Shown here piece after piece: positions 55,616 through 64,000 of a DNA stretch of 64,000 bases (positions are counted from its first letter, which is position 1; every line of letters begins with the position of its first letter). This DNA comes from Eledone cirrhosa (Eukaryota), in contig CAXHJY010001693.1 in the NCBI GenBank assembly GCA_964016885.1, positions 62,001-126,000 on the forward strand, given 5' to 3'. The notes under the pieces are model-generated. The model saw nothing but the letters and a program-made list of their open reading frames with translations, was not told the DNA's origin and did not search any database. The position numbers were made by a program, and so were the translations under genes.

Positions 55616-58109
55616 CACTGACAACATAACAGACGATTTTATCATTTGTTATCTAATAAAATATCAACCATATTTAATACTGTTTGATATTGTTTCTACA
55701 TGCATAATATTTATGGTTATATAATGGTTCATATGATCTGGAAAGACGCATACAATATACACCACAATATATATACACACACACCACATACCAAAGAAAA
55801 ATTAAATATATTTTTCCATGTATAAGATGTCTAAGATTTCTTAGATAAGATTTCTACTCAGAAATTTAGCGTCGAAATCTTACAGCTTCCTATACACTAA
55901 TAACAATAATAAATTATATAATGCTTGACCAGCCAAGCTGATGGAAGTCATCCAACCATCTTGCTTGGGGTCTACCCCTGGGTCTCCTGCCAGTTGCTTT
56001 TGCCTGCAAAATCTGTCCAGTGATTCTTTCCTGAGACATTCTAACCACATGTCAATAGTATCGGAACTGTGATCTCTCAATTCAGAGAAGTAGCAGCTCT
56101 ACTTGGAGTGACTCTCTGATCTCCGAGCTACAAATCTGACCAGTGATTCTTTCCTGAGATATTCTAACCACATGTCCATAGTATCAGAGCTGTGATCTCT
56201 TGATTTGGAGAAGTAGTGGCTCTACCTGGAGTGACTCTCTGATCTCCAAGCTACACACCCTATTGAGTAATGTTACTGTAAAGACCCTTCGGAGGAAACC
56301 CATTTTGGCCGCTTGTATTCATGATCGAATTCTTTCAGTCATTACCCAAGATTCATGGCATGAATACCGAATTGAAGACAGCAAGTTTGGCTTTTACACC
56401 TACCCCTCTTTTGATTACTGAATATATATCCCTATCTAATATATCCTCTGTGTAGATATAACCTGTCCCATTCTGACCAGTTTATACCCCTACACACACC
56501 ACCACCATCACCAGCCATAGAAAACTTGCCAAACCGAGAGCCGAAACGTGTTTTCAGTTGTGTCAAGAGCATAACAATTTCCCCGAGTGCTGGTGCCATA
56601 ATAAAACACATCCAGAATATTTTATAAAGGGGTTAGTGTCATCACGAATGGGATCCAGCTGTAGAAAACTGGGTCGAAAGGACTCTGGTGTCAATAAAAT
56701 GCAACCACTAGACTATAAAATGTGGTTGGCATTAGGAAGGGCACCTGCAGCAAAATCTCGTAGATTCAATATTATGTGAGTTAATTATGTAAATTAAAGC
56801 CTTTAACACAAAAATAAAATAGTATATATAGGGTAATGTAAATTCTAAAGGGTTAAACCATGTTTGTATCATAGAACCAGTTGCAGTTATAATAAGGTAT
56901 CATTATGTGAAGTCACGTAGTTTTCGTGGTTTAAGTGTTGAACTCAATCACTGGGTAGTGGGTTCGATTCCTGTGCTGGGCAGCACATTGTGTTATTCAG
57001 CAAGATACTTTATTTTCCATTGTTTTTCATTAGTTCCTTATCATTAAAACACCTTAGAAACCTCCTATGAGATACAACCTTGTAGGAGGTCAGCTAAATC
57101 TACATACGTGTAAGCAGTAAATTAATCCGAAGGTCATGTGTTCAATTCCTGGAACAGGTGGTGGTGTGTCCTTGAGCATAATTTTCTTTCTAAAACAGCT
57201 TTTGCTTCATTTAACCCTTTAGCATTTACATTACTCTATATATACTATTATATTTTCAAGGTAAAGGCTTTACCTCACATAATATCAAATCTATGAGATT
57301 CTGATGTTATTATACCTTAATATCAGTATTAGTGGCCAGTTCCGGCTGGTTTGAACAGAAAGAGGTGCGAGAATTCTGGCCAGATACAGCTAGTTTAAAT
57401 GCTAAAGGGTTAATGTCTTATTAAAATCAGGGTGGTGAAGGTTGTCCATAGAATATAGGCGTGTGGTGTGTCTCTTTGAAAAATCTTACAAAGATTGTGG
57501 AAATCACTGCTGTAAACAATGAGTTTTATAAATCTAACCATCATCATTTAACATGTTTTCCCTATTAGCAAGGGTTGAACATGTTGTCACTCACTGGTCA
57601 GTCCTCAAGCAAAGTCACTGACCTCCAGGTGGACGAAAGCATGATAACATCAATGAGCTTGACTGGTCTCGCTTGATACAGCTGGATCAGTTGGAGATGG
57701 CTGCTTCTGACAGGGCCTGCTGGAAGGAGTGTTTGAGGACTCAGCTCCCAACGACCCTCCTAGGATTAAGTGGGCGAAGATATATATATATATATTTACA
57801 GTAGTAATAGTTTGGTAGAAATATCCAAGGGTAAGAGCCCTTAGTTCACAGGACGAGTTAAGTATGATTAGTTACAACAGTGACATATACAGGTGGTTAA
57901 GTTTTATTGGGTTATACACCCCAACTCATTCAGCCTAAATGAGTTGGAATGTATAACCCAACAAAACTTAAGTAACTGTATATGTCATTATATCATTATA
58001 TATACATCCCGCCGAAGTTAACTTTGCCTTTCATCCTTACAGGGTCGATAAAATAAAGTACCAGTAATACACTAGGATAATTGCTGGCCTTCTGCCAAAA
58101 AGTAGAAAC

Positions 58110-58143
<34 letters not shown>

Positions 58144-61100
58144 AGGGAGTGTAACTTTGAGTTACTGCAGGTTCACCCGAGTGAGCACTCGATGTTTAGG
58201 TTCACTTCTGTGTCGAGGTGTGGAGCGAAACAGAGTGTATTATAGTAAAATAAAGCAAAGACAAGTGGTTACTCCTTCATTACATTTATTGGTTGGTGAC
58301 GCGCATTTCGCCACTGATCAGACCCCTTAAAAGGGGTCTGACGAGCTGTGGATTACAGAGTCGGGCTAGATCGAACCTTGAGCTGATCAGTGGCGAAACG
58401 CGCATCACCAACCAATAAACGTAATGAAGGAGATTCACTCGTCCTTGTTTTATTTTACTATATATATATGTATAAGAACAAAGTGGAGGTGCTACATAGG
58501 AGATTTATTGCTCAATCCTGGTTATAAATGTTTCTCAAGCAACCGGCTCGTGATCTGGGTTGGCATTCCAGACCAGACTCCAAGTCTGCCTGATCCTCAG
58601 ACCAGCGTTAACACAACAAAAATCACATCAAACCTATATGTATATATTGAATAATTTGCTTTATGCGTAACTATTATTTTTAATACAATAGGATTTTGTA
58701 CACAATGTTTGAAAAAATCTTTCAAGGAATTATGAAACAACCTTTTGTACTGTTTATTATAATAAATTACTGTATTTTGAGCTGTTTTAACTTCTACAAC
58801 TATGTTTCAAATTTTTTAATGTTTTTGTAAAAAAGATATCTATCTATATATATATATATGCATATTTTTTTTAATGATTGATTGATTTATATATATAAAA
58901 ATCAGCAATTCAGAATAAACATGCAGCTCTGAAAAAACAGATATTTCTAGTGAGAGTCAATGAGAGAGAGAGAGAGAAATATTGGTAAAAGGTGAGTGGT
59001 GGTGGTGGTGGTGGTTTGTTGTTAAAGAGCAGAAAGGCAGCAGTGTGTGATGAAATCAAACACTACAGCTACATGTGGTCTGTTGTAATTTAGTAAACAA
59101 TGTGAAGAGAAAGAGAATGAGGGTGACAGGACAGAGGAAGAATGGGGGGAGAGATATCAAGGAAGTAGCATGAAAAGGTAGGTGTGTATGTGTGTATATA
59201 TATATATATATGTGTCAAAGGTTCCTTAGCTTAATGGTTAAAGAGTCTAGCCAGTATCTGGCATTCAATTTCACATAGCAGCAAATGACAAATTCTTTTT
59301 CGTGTAGGTGTCACGATAAAAAGCCCCCAGTCCACACTGTAAAGTGGTCGTGTAGATATCACGACAAAAAACACCCAGTCCACACTGTAAAGTGGTCGTG
59401 TAGATATCACGACAAAAAACACCCAGTCCACACTGTAAAGTGGTTATGTAGGTGTCACGACAAAAAGCACCCAGTCCACACTGTAAAGTGGTTATGTAGG
59501 TGTCACGACAAAAAGCACCCAGTCTACTCTAAAGTGGTTATGTAGGTGTCAAGACAAAAAGCACCCAGTCTACTCTAAAGTGGTTATGTAGGTGTCACGA
59601 CAAAAAGCACCCAGTCTACTCTAAAGTGGTTATGTAGGTGTCATGACAAAAAGCACCCAGTCTACTCTAAAGTGGTTATGTAGGTGTCAAGACAAAAAGC
59701 ACCCAGTCTACTCTAAAGTGGTTATGTAGGTGTCAAGACAAAAAGCACCCAGTCTACTCTAAAGTGGTTATGTAGGTGTCAAGACAAAAAGCACCCAGTC
59801 TACTCTAAAGTGGTTATGTAGGTGTCAAGACAAAAAGCACCCAGTCTACTCTAAAGTGGTTATGTAGGTGTCACGACAAAAAGCACCCAGTCCACACTGT
59901 AAAGTGGTTATGTAGGTGTCACAACAAAAATCACCCAGTCCATACTGTAAAGTGGTTGGTGTAAGGAAGGGCGTCAAGCTGTAGAAACCAAACCAAAAGA
60001 AGTCCCGTGTGAGCAAGATATGGTCACCTGACCTGCCATTTCTCACAACAGGACAACTCATCTAACCTATGTTAGCGTGGAAAACTGGACGTTAAACGGT
60101 GATGATGATGGTTATATATATATAGTTAGTTGGGTGAAACACATGTCCTCAAAGATGGTTTGCTAATATGTTGTGGAACTAACTTTATACCAAACTTGTC
60201 ATATGGACTGAATGCTCTACTTAGTACGGATATAACCTACCAGTGTTCTACCTTTGTATACATATATGGACAATCATAAAATCTAGAAAATTTGTGTTTT
60301 GATAAATTTATGGTTTGCATAGAAGAAACCCTATAGTTTATATTGGTTACTGACATGTGGAAGTAATTAAAGATGATATTTAAATTTATTTCTAAGATAT
60401 AATTACATAAGTGTTCAGCATGAATATACAAATGAGATTGAGGATTAAATGTATGAGTTACTTTGGTGAAATAACTATTTACAGGGGCTAATGTAAGGTT
60501 AGAATCCTGGACCTTGTGTTACTTTGGTGAAATAACTATTTACAGGGACAAATGTAGGGTTAGAACCGAAGACCTTGCGTTACTTTGGTGAAATAACTAT
60601 TTACAGGGACAAATGTAGAGTTAGAGTCGAGGGCCTTGTGTTACTTTGGTGAAATAACTATTGACAGGGACAAATGTAGAGTTAGAGTCGAGGGCCTTGT
60701 GTTACTTTGGTGAAATAACTATTTACAGGGACAAATGTAGAGTTAGAGTCGAGGGCCTTGTGTTACTTTGGTGAAATAACTATTTACAGGGACAAATGTA
60801 GAGTTAGAGTCGAGGGCCTTGTGTTACTTTGGTGAAATAACTATTTACAGGGACAAATGTAGAGTTAGGAACCAGGAACTTTTACAGACAACTTCAGGTA
60901 CTGATGAAAGATACCTCATCATCTTGGCAGGTGACTTCAATGGACATATGGGACAGTACCAGGTTGGATTCAGTGGAGTTCACAGCAGCTATGGTTATGT
61001 CTCAAGAAATGAAGAGGGATTGAGGCACTTGGAATTCTCTGATGCAAATGAACTAACCATTTGTACTACAAATTTCAGGGACTCAGCCAACAATCTGATT

Positions 61101-61903
61101 ACATACCAATACACAAGCCAAATTAATTTCTTACTTGTAAGACAAGATAAAGGGACTGTAATAAATACCAAGGTTTTCTCCAGGGAAGAATGTGCAGCCC
61201 AACACAAGTTTGTTATTGTTGACATCAGAATAAACACAAGAGAGGACAAGATACACAGAAAAAGTGTGTTAGAAATGACACAGGTGCACTTAGTACCATT
61301 GATGCTTAAAAGAAAGAGGCCTGGAAATGTTATTTTGAGATGCTGAAGAATGTAGAGAATGAATGGGAAGAGGGGAGACTACCCCACCTTACCCAACTGA
61401 GAGACCAGCTGTAGAATTTGACAGTTACAAGGTTAAAGAAGCAATGAAGGAGATGAAGAATGGTAAATCTGTGGGACCATCAGAGGTAGTTGCTGTGATG
61501 CTAACAGCATTGGAAGAAGTAGGGGTTGAACTAGTAACCCACATAATTAATCAGGTAATACAGGATAGAGTCAGACTCAATACTTTGCTACAGGGGCAAA
61601 GGCGATGCTCTAGAAAGGAGCACTACAGAGGAATAATACTAATGGATAAGTTATGAAAGTTGCTGATATGCTAAAAGTATCAGAGGAAGTAGTAACCCAC
61701 CTAGTGAATCAGGTCATTACAGGACTGGCGCAGTAGTACAATCATAGATTGCTACAGGGGTGATGTTCTAGAAAGGAACCACTACAAAGACACAATTGTG
61801 TCAACTTACCTTTTGCCAGCCGCCATATGAGATGACACGGCGATACAACAGGTATAGGTCAACATCACGACCAGCAATCTGTGGGATTTTCCGGAATGGG
61901 GTC
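21395..61903 (-). CDS. ARID2: ARID2/BAF200 (PBAF SWI/SNF subunit), multi-exon and 5'-incomplete. Exons: 61810-61903, 50247-50344, 49970-50124, 48820-49038, 48369-48436, 47713-47785, 47251-47330, 46752-46828, 46384-46465, 46090-46186, 45655-45864, 44764-44925, 44063-44120, 43561-43695, 43179-43297, 34424-38747, 33006-33141, 31997-32377, 22312-22403, 21395-21500
   Basis: All exons have GT..AG boundaries and join in one frame (6766 nt, ~2254 aa without exon 1). Translation gives the ARID domain, the '[21 protein letters not shown]' motif, an RFX-like winged helix, C2H2 fingers and the C-terminal '[18 protein letters not shown]' motif typical of ARID2. Confidence 0.95.
21581..21916 (+). mobile_element. 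Young tRNA-derived SINE (~335 bp) with (GAT)n tail
   Basis: A box tggcttagtgg, B box gagttcaattc, cttgagcaagacactt central domain. Near-identical copies at 7965-8301(-), 12866-13215(+), 24773-25099(-), 33291-33624(-). Confidence 0.85.
21920..22250 (+). mobile_element. LINE 3'-end fragment
   Basis: Recurrent repeat encoding [18 protein letters not shown]; also at ~18720-19085, 55930-56320, 57660-57780. Confidence 0.6.
22312..22403 (-). CDS. ARID2: ARID2 exon ([26 protein letters not shown])
   Basis: Hallmark ARID2 C-terminal motif; 92 nt; cag/gttggt. Confidence 0.94.
25420..25765 (-). mobile_element. Mariner transposase relic (N-terminal HTH)
   Basis: [17 protein letters not shown]../..[27 protein letters not shown], with frameshifts. 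Confidence 0.65.
26489..26602 (-). CDS. Candidate alternative ARID2 cassette exon ([38 protein letters not shown])
   Basis: tcttctcttgtag acceptor, CAG|gtgagt donor, 114 nt, phase 0-0, no stop, unique non-repetitive sequence. Confidence 0.55.
31281..31347 (-). ncRNA. Hammerhead motif in the left arm of a 322-bp palindrome (ARID2 intron, sense strand)
   Basis: ttttat-CTGATGA-long stem II-GAAAT-gcgc-ATA-ataaaa; palindromic stem III ATGCGCAT; the mirror copy at 31462-31528 has CTGATTA. Confidence 0.75.
31997..32377 (-). CDS. ARID2: ARID2 exon ([10 protein letters not shown]...AAIQAIRRF...PFPELM)
   Basis: Within ORF 31958..32527; cag/gtgagt. Confidence 0.92.
33006..33141 (-). CDS. ARID2: ARID2 exon, zinc fingers ([16 protein letters not shown]...CKWEGC...SLVTHIQ)
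   Basis: C2H2 spacing; cag/gtcagt. Confidence 0.92.
33291..33624 (-). mobile_element. Copy of the ~335-bp tRNA SINE
   Basis: Near-identical to 21581-21916. Confidence 0.85.
34424..38747 (-). CDS. ARID2: ARID2 giant exon (4324 nt): Q/S/P/T-rich low-complexity region ending in the first zinc finger ([10 protein letters not shown])
   Basis: Within the 1457-aa ORF 34420..38793; ttcag acceptor at 38748-49, gtaagt donor. Confidence 0.93.
40095..41022 (+). mobile_element. Mariner transposase relic with a ~290-bp tandem duplication of its broken end
   Basis: [37 protein letters not shown] motif; 40442-40731 repeated at 40732-41022. Confidence 0.8.
41295..41730. repeat. ~45-bp tandem repeat derived from a SINE-associated segment
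   Basis: acagagtggactgggtgtattttagcatgacaccagtactaccacttc. Confidence 0.85.
41913..42489 (-). mobile_element. TTAA MITE with internal 60-bp tandem array
   Basis: Same family; internal duplications. Confidence 0.75.
43179..43297 (-). CDS. ARID2: ARID2 exon (AVFPNVEEK...KRSSPLP)
   Basis: tag/gtaggt; end of the RFX-like domain. Confidence 0.9.
43561..43695 (-). CDS. ARID2: ARID2 exon, RFX-like winged helix (LRANLE...LYTDYLSFC)
   Basis: 135 nt, cag/gtaagt. Confidence 0.9.
44063..44120 (-). CDS. ARID2: ARID2 short exon ([19 protein letters not shown])
   Basis: ttttccag/gtgagt; supplies the phase 1-to-2 link and the Trp that starts the RFX-like domain. Confidence 0.85.
44764..44925 (-). CDS. 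ARID2: ARID2 exon ([16 protein letters not shown])
   Basis: cag/gtaagt; overlaps ORF 44720..44920. Confidence 0.9.
45655..45864 (-). CDS. ARID2: ARID2 exon ([14 protein letters not shown]...[12 protein letters not shown])
   Basis: 210 nt, tag/gtacgt; overlaps ORF 45647..45844. Confidence 0.92.
46090..46186 (-). CDS. ARID2: ARID2 exon ([32 protein letters not shown])
   Basis: 97 nt, cag/gtaagg. Confidence 0.9.
46384..46465 (-). CDS. ARID2: ARID2 exon ([23 protein letters not shown])
   Basis: LRQ.GLDTLGN motif; cag/gtaaag. Confidence 0.9.
46752..46828 (-). CDS. ARID2: ARID2 exon ([21 protein letters not shown])
   Basis: RNLSF motif; cag/gtaaaa. Confidence 0.9.
47251..47330 (-). CDS. ARID2: ARID2 exon ([17 protein letters not shown])
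   Basis: tag/gtaagg; conserved D.EGQRV.Q motif. Confidence 0.9.
47713..47785 (-). CDS. ARID2: ARID2 exon ([17 protein letters not shown])
   Basis: cag/gtaaat, phase-consistent. Confidence 0.9.
48248..48326. mobile_element. Tc1/mariner-type MITE (TA TSD, CAGGGTGTCC TIR)
   Basis: ta-cagggtgtcc...ggacaccctg-ta; a longer relative lies at ~53888-54063. Confidence 0.7.
48369..48436 (-). CDS. ARID2: ARID2 exon ([22 protein letters not shown])
   Basis: 68 nt, cag/gtaact, phase-consistent. Confidence 0.9.
48820..49038 (-). CDS. ARID2: ARID2 exon ([29 protein letters not shown])
   Basis: Conserved ARID2 motif; cag/gtaagc; 219 nt. Confidence 0.94.
49285..49918. repeat. 48-bp tandem repeat (~13 copies)
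   Basis: Unit gacatagacagtgtctttcattagaaatatggtaatgaaagggttaa(t/a); 16-aa periodic ORF 49179..49925. Confidence 0.95.
49970..50124 (-). CDS. ARID2: ARID2 exon ([14 protein letters not shown]...YNQHKVS)
   Basis: Within ORF 49947..50135; cag/gtgagt boundaries. Confidence 0.92.
50247..50344 (-). CDS. ARID2: ARID2 exon, ARID domain ([33 protein letters not shown])
   Basis: ag/gtaagt boundaries, 98 nt, in phase with both neighbours. Confidence 0.93.
50610..51196 (+). mobile_element. RTE-type LINE reverse transcriptase fragment (decayed)
   Basis: [49 protein letters not shown], with stops. Confidence 0.85.
51949..52128 (+). mobile_element. Second tRNA-derived SINE family (ttaactttgcctttcatcc...gtcgataaaataaagtaccag)
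   Basis: A/B-box head. Copies at ~3822-4005, 11560-11675, 15842-15948, 26960-27103, 33958-34380 (two), 39020-39220, 58007-58113. Confidence 0.8.
52135..52630. repeat. (TA/CA/CATG) compound microsatellite with a 30-bp period
   Basis: Direct inspection. Confidence 0.9.
55381..55511 (+). ncRNA. Hammerhead motif with large stem II domain
   Basis: tgttt-CTGAAGA-aga...tct-GAAAC-tatc-GTA-aaaca; lies between (TA)n tracts. Confidence 0.6.
57215..57409 (+). mobile_element. TTAA MITE, unit-length copy (~195 bp)
   Basis: Perfect TIR ccctttagcattta/taaatgctaaaggg with TTAA on both sides. Confidence 0.82.
58335..58409 (+). ncRNA. Decayed hammerhead motif in fold-back element 58241-58462
   Basis: ggt-CTGACGA-gc...gc-GAAAC-gcgc-ATC-acc followed by AATAAA; mirror arm reads GAAAT-gcgc-GTC. 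Confidence 0.5.
59300..59955. repeat. 45-bp tandem repeat expanded inside a SINE-like element
   Basis: Unit gtaggtgtcaagacaaaaagcacccagtctactctaaagtggttat; continues into the SINE tail at 59955-60110. Confidence 0.92.
60455..60868. repeat. 61-bp tandem repeat at the 5' end of the LINE relic
   Basis: Unit tgttactttggtgaaataactatttacagggacaaatgtagagttagagtcgagggccttg. Confidence 0.92.
60870..61790 (+). mobile_element. RTE-type LINE relic (APE endonuclease and RT start)
   Basis: [20 protein letters not shown] motif; MKNGKSVGP motif. Confidence 0.85.
61810..61903 (-). CDS. ARID2: ARID2 exon, ARID domain N-half ([31 protein letters not shown])
   Basis: ctacag acceptor, gtaagt donor, 94 nt; ARID helix signature. 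Confidence 0.93.
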
Positions 61904-62026
61904 CTGTAGAAATAATAATAATAATACATAGAGATGATAAACGAAAAAATATATATATACATATATATATAATAACGAAGAAGGCAGTATGTTAGAGTTT
62001 GACATCATTTTATTAATTACATCATT

Positions 62027-62083
62027 GCTGTTATAAGCATTTCAATGGTATCAATTACACAAGATACAACCTCATCAGACAGC
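62027..62083 (-). ncRNA. Hammerhead motif in the ARID2 intron upstream of exon 61810-61903 (sense strand)
   Basis: gctgt-CTGATGA-ggttgtatc...gataccatt-GAAAT-gctt-ATA-acagc; AATAAA ~13 nt downstream, then (TA)n. Confidence 0.72.
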
Positions 62084-63877
62084 TATTATGTACATAAGCC
62101 GGTGTGTGTAAGTCTATATAAGTGATGCTTTCCCGCCGATACTCCAAGCTTGTTGCCAGCATGCGTATTTGGTATTTGACACACCGTTCATGAACCAAGA
62201 CGGTGATATTAAAACAAAATATTACAGAGAGTTCTTTCAATGATAGTTTAGTGGTACTCATGCCTTTCTCTATTTTTTCTGTCCAACCAAGATCAGTATT
62301 TTTGAAATTCTTTTAATCTTTTAGGCGGTTTTAGTCATTAAACTGCAGTCCTGCTTCAGTGACACCTTAACCCTTTAGCATTTAAACCGGGCATATCCAG
62401 CCAGAATTCTCTCACCTCTTTCTGTTCAAACTGGCCATTAAACGGCTGCTCATACTTAGGTTAAGGCATGGTTCTCAAAATAAATATCAAAATCTTGTAG
62501 ATTCGATATTATGTGAGGTAAAGCCTTTACTGTGAAAATATAATAGTATATATAGAGTAATGTAAATGTTATGTGAGGTAAAGCCTTTACTATGAAAATA
62601 CAATAGTATATATAGAGTAATGTAAATGGTAATGGGTTAAGCTGCTGTCATGCTTCTGTGACACCTTAAAGGGATCTGTGGTTGATCAAACCTCATATAT
62701 TACCAATCTCTCTCAAACAGCTAAGTTATGTAACACAAACAGACAAAGACATAAAGAGATACATATCACTCTGCATCCACCAGATTACATTTGTTTGTTT
62801 ATAAACTAGTGTAATGCAACCAGTGGTTACCTACCAGCTTACAGTCCAACCACTGTAGTCACCAACCAGTGTGGTTACCAACCAGTGTAGTTACCAACCA
62901 GTGTGGTCACCAATTAGTGCTTATCAACCAGCTTATAGTTCAACCAGTGGTTACCAACCAGCTTTTGCCCAACTAGTGGTTACCAACCAGTGAGGTTACC
63001 AACCTATATAGTTACCTACCAGTGGTTACAAACCAGCTTGTAATGTTCTATCTATCATCACCATTTTACGTCCATTTTTCCCTACTTGTAAGAGGGGGAT
63101 GGGTCCTCTTCAGCACAGCATCTCTCCACTCGTCACGGTCCTTCATCATTTCCTCTGTGAGCTTCAGTGATCTGAGGTCAGCTCTCACCACCTCTGCCCA
63201 TGTTTTCTGTGGTCTTCCTTCCACCGGGATTACTTCTTCACTATCTATCTATATCTAATATTCTAATGTGTGCGTATATGTATATATCAGATATACATAT
63301 ATATGTATGTGATCCTTGGTGATTACTTACTGCTTGAAGCACCAAAAGGCATGGAAGAACCATAGACTAAGATACATATACATATATCTCATCTCATCTG
63401 TCCCATAGTCTGGTGGGGCACCACGGATGACCTGGCAACCAGCTCATTCCATTCCTCTCACCTCCTAATGGTTGCACCCAACCTCATGCCTGTCCATTCC
63501 GGGATGTTGTCTGCCCATCTATTTCTCTGTCAGCCTTTCTTCCTTCCTCCAAGTCCTGAAGATCTTGTCATGTGCCTGTACCAGCTTAATTTGCGTTGTT
63601 TTACAATGGTCAACAGGTCTTCATAGGGCTTTGCCAAATTCTGTTTTGCACCTCCTCACTGTAGGTGATGCCAAGGAGCTTTCTGAAGCATCTCATCTCC
63701 ATAACCTGAATTCTTCTTTCCAGATCTGCAGTTATTGTCCAAGACTCAGACATACAAGAATATGGACATGACCAGAGAACGCACCAGTACCATCTTTGAG
63801 CTGAGGGCTATGTTTTTGCTATTTCAGATGGTCTTATTTATACATATATATATATATACACACACATATATATACAT

Positions 63878-63924
<47 letters not shown>

Positions 63925-64000
63925 AACGCACACACATATATATAGACATAATTATTATTGCATCCCTGTTTTTCTTGTTTCCTATTCTCTGTAAATATAT

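Overview
AT-rich, intron- and microsatellite-rich animal DNA, most likely a coleoid cephalopod such as an octopus (inferred from SINE and microsatellite style, not proven). Two spliced minus-strand genes can be reconstructed with canonical GT-AG junctions and consistent phases. (1) ARID2 (PBAF subunit): 20 coding exons from 61903 to the stop at 21395; exon 1 lies beyond the right edge; one exon is 4.3 kb; there is a candidate extra 114-nt in-frame cassette exon at 26489-26602. (2) A divergent ~406-aa non-RD Ser/Thr kinase with MAP3K8/MAP3K14-like features: 10 coding exons from 14224 to 566, promoter near 16.8 kb. A third gene may start at the left edge. Introns hold tRNA-derived SINEs, RTE- and R4-type LINE relics, mariner/hAT/TTAA MITEs and minisatellites. 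The most striking unexplained signal is a set of (TA)n-flanked fold-back palindromes and solo units from several unrelated sequence families. They carry minimal type-I hammerhead ribozyme motifs (CUGANGA...GAAA...NUH with pairable stems I-III): six complete or near-complete copies plus several half-motifs. A Penelope-like endonuclease relic is also present. Three intact-looking hammerheads lie on the sense strand of host introns. All structures were read by eye; no folding or database search was run.
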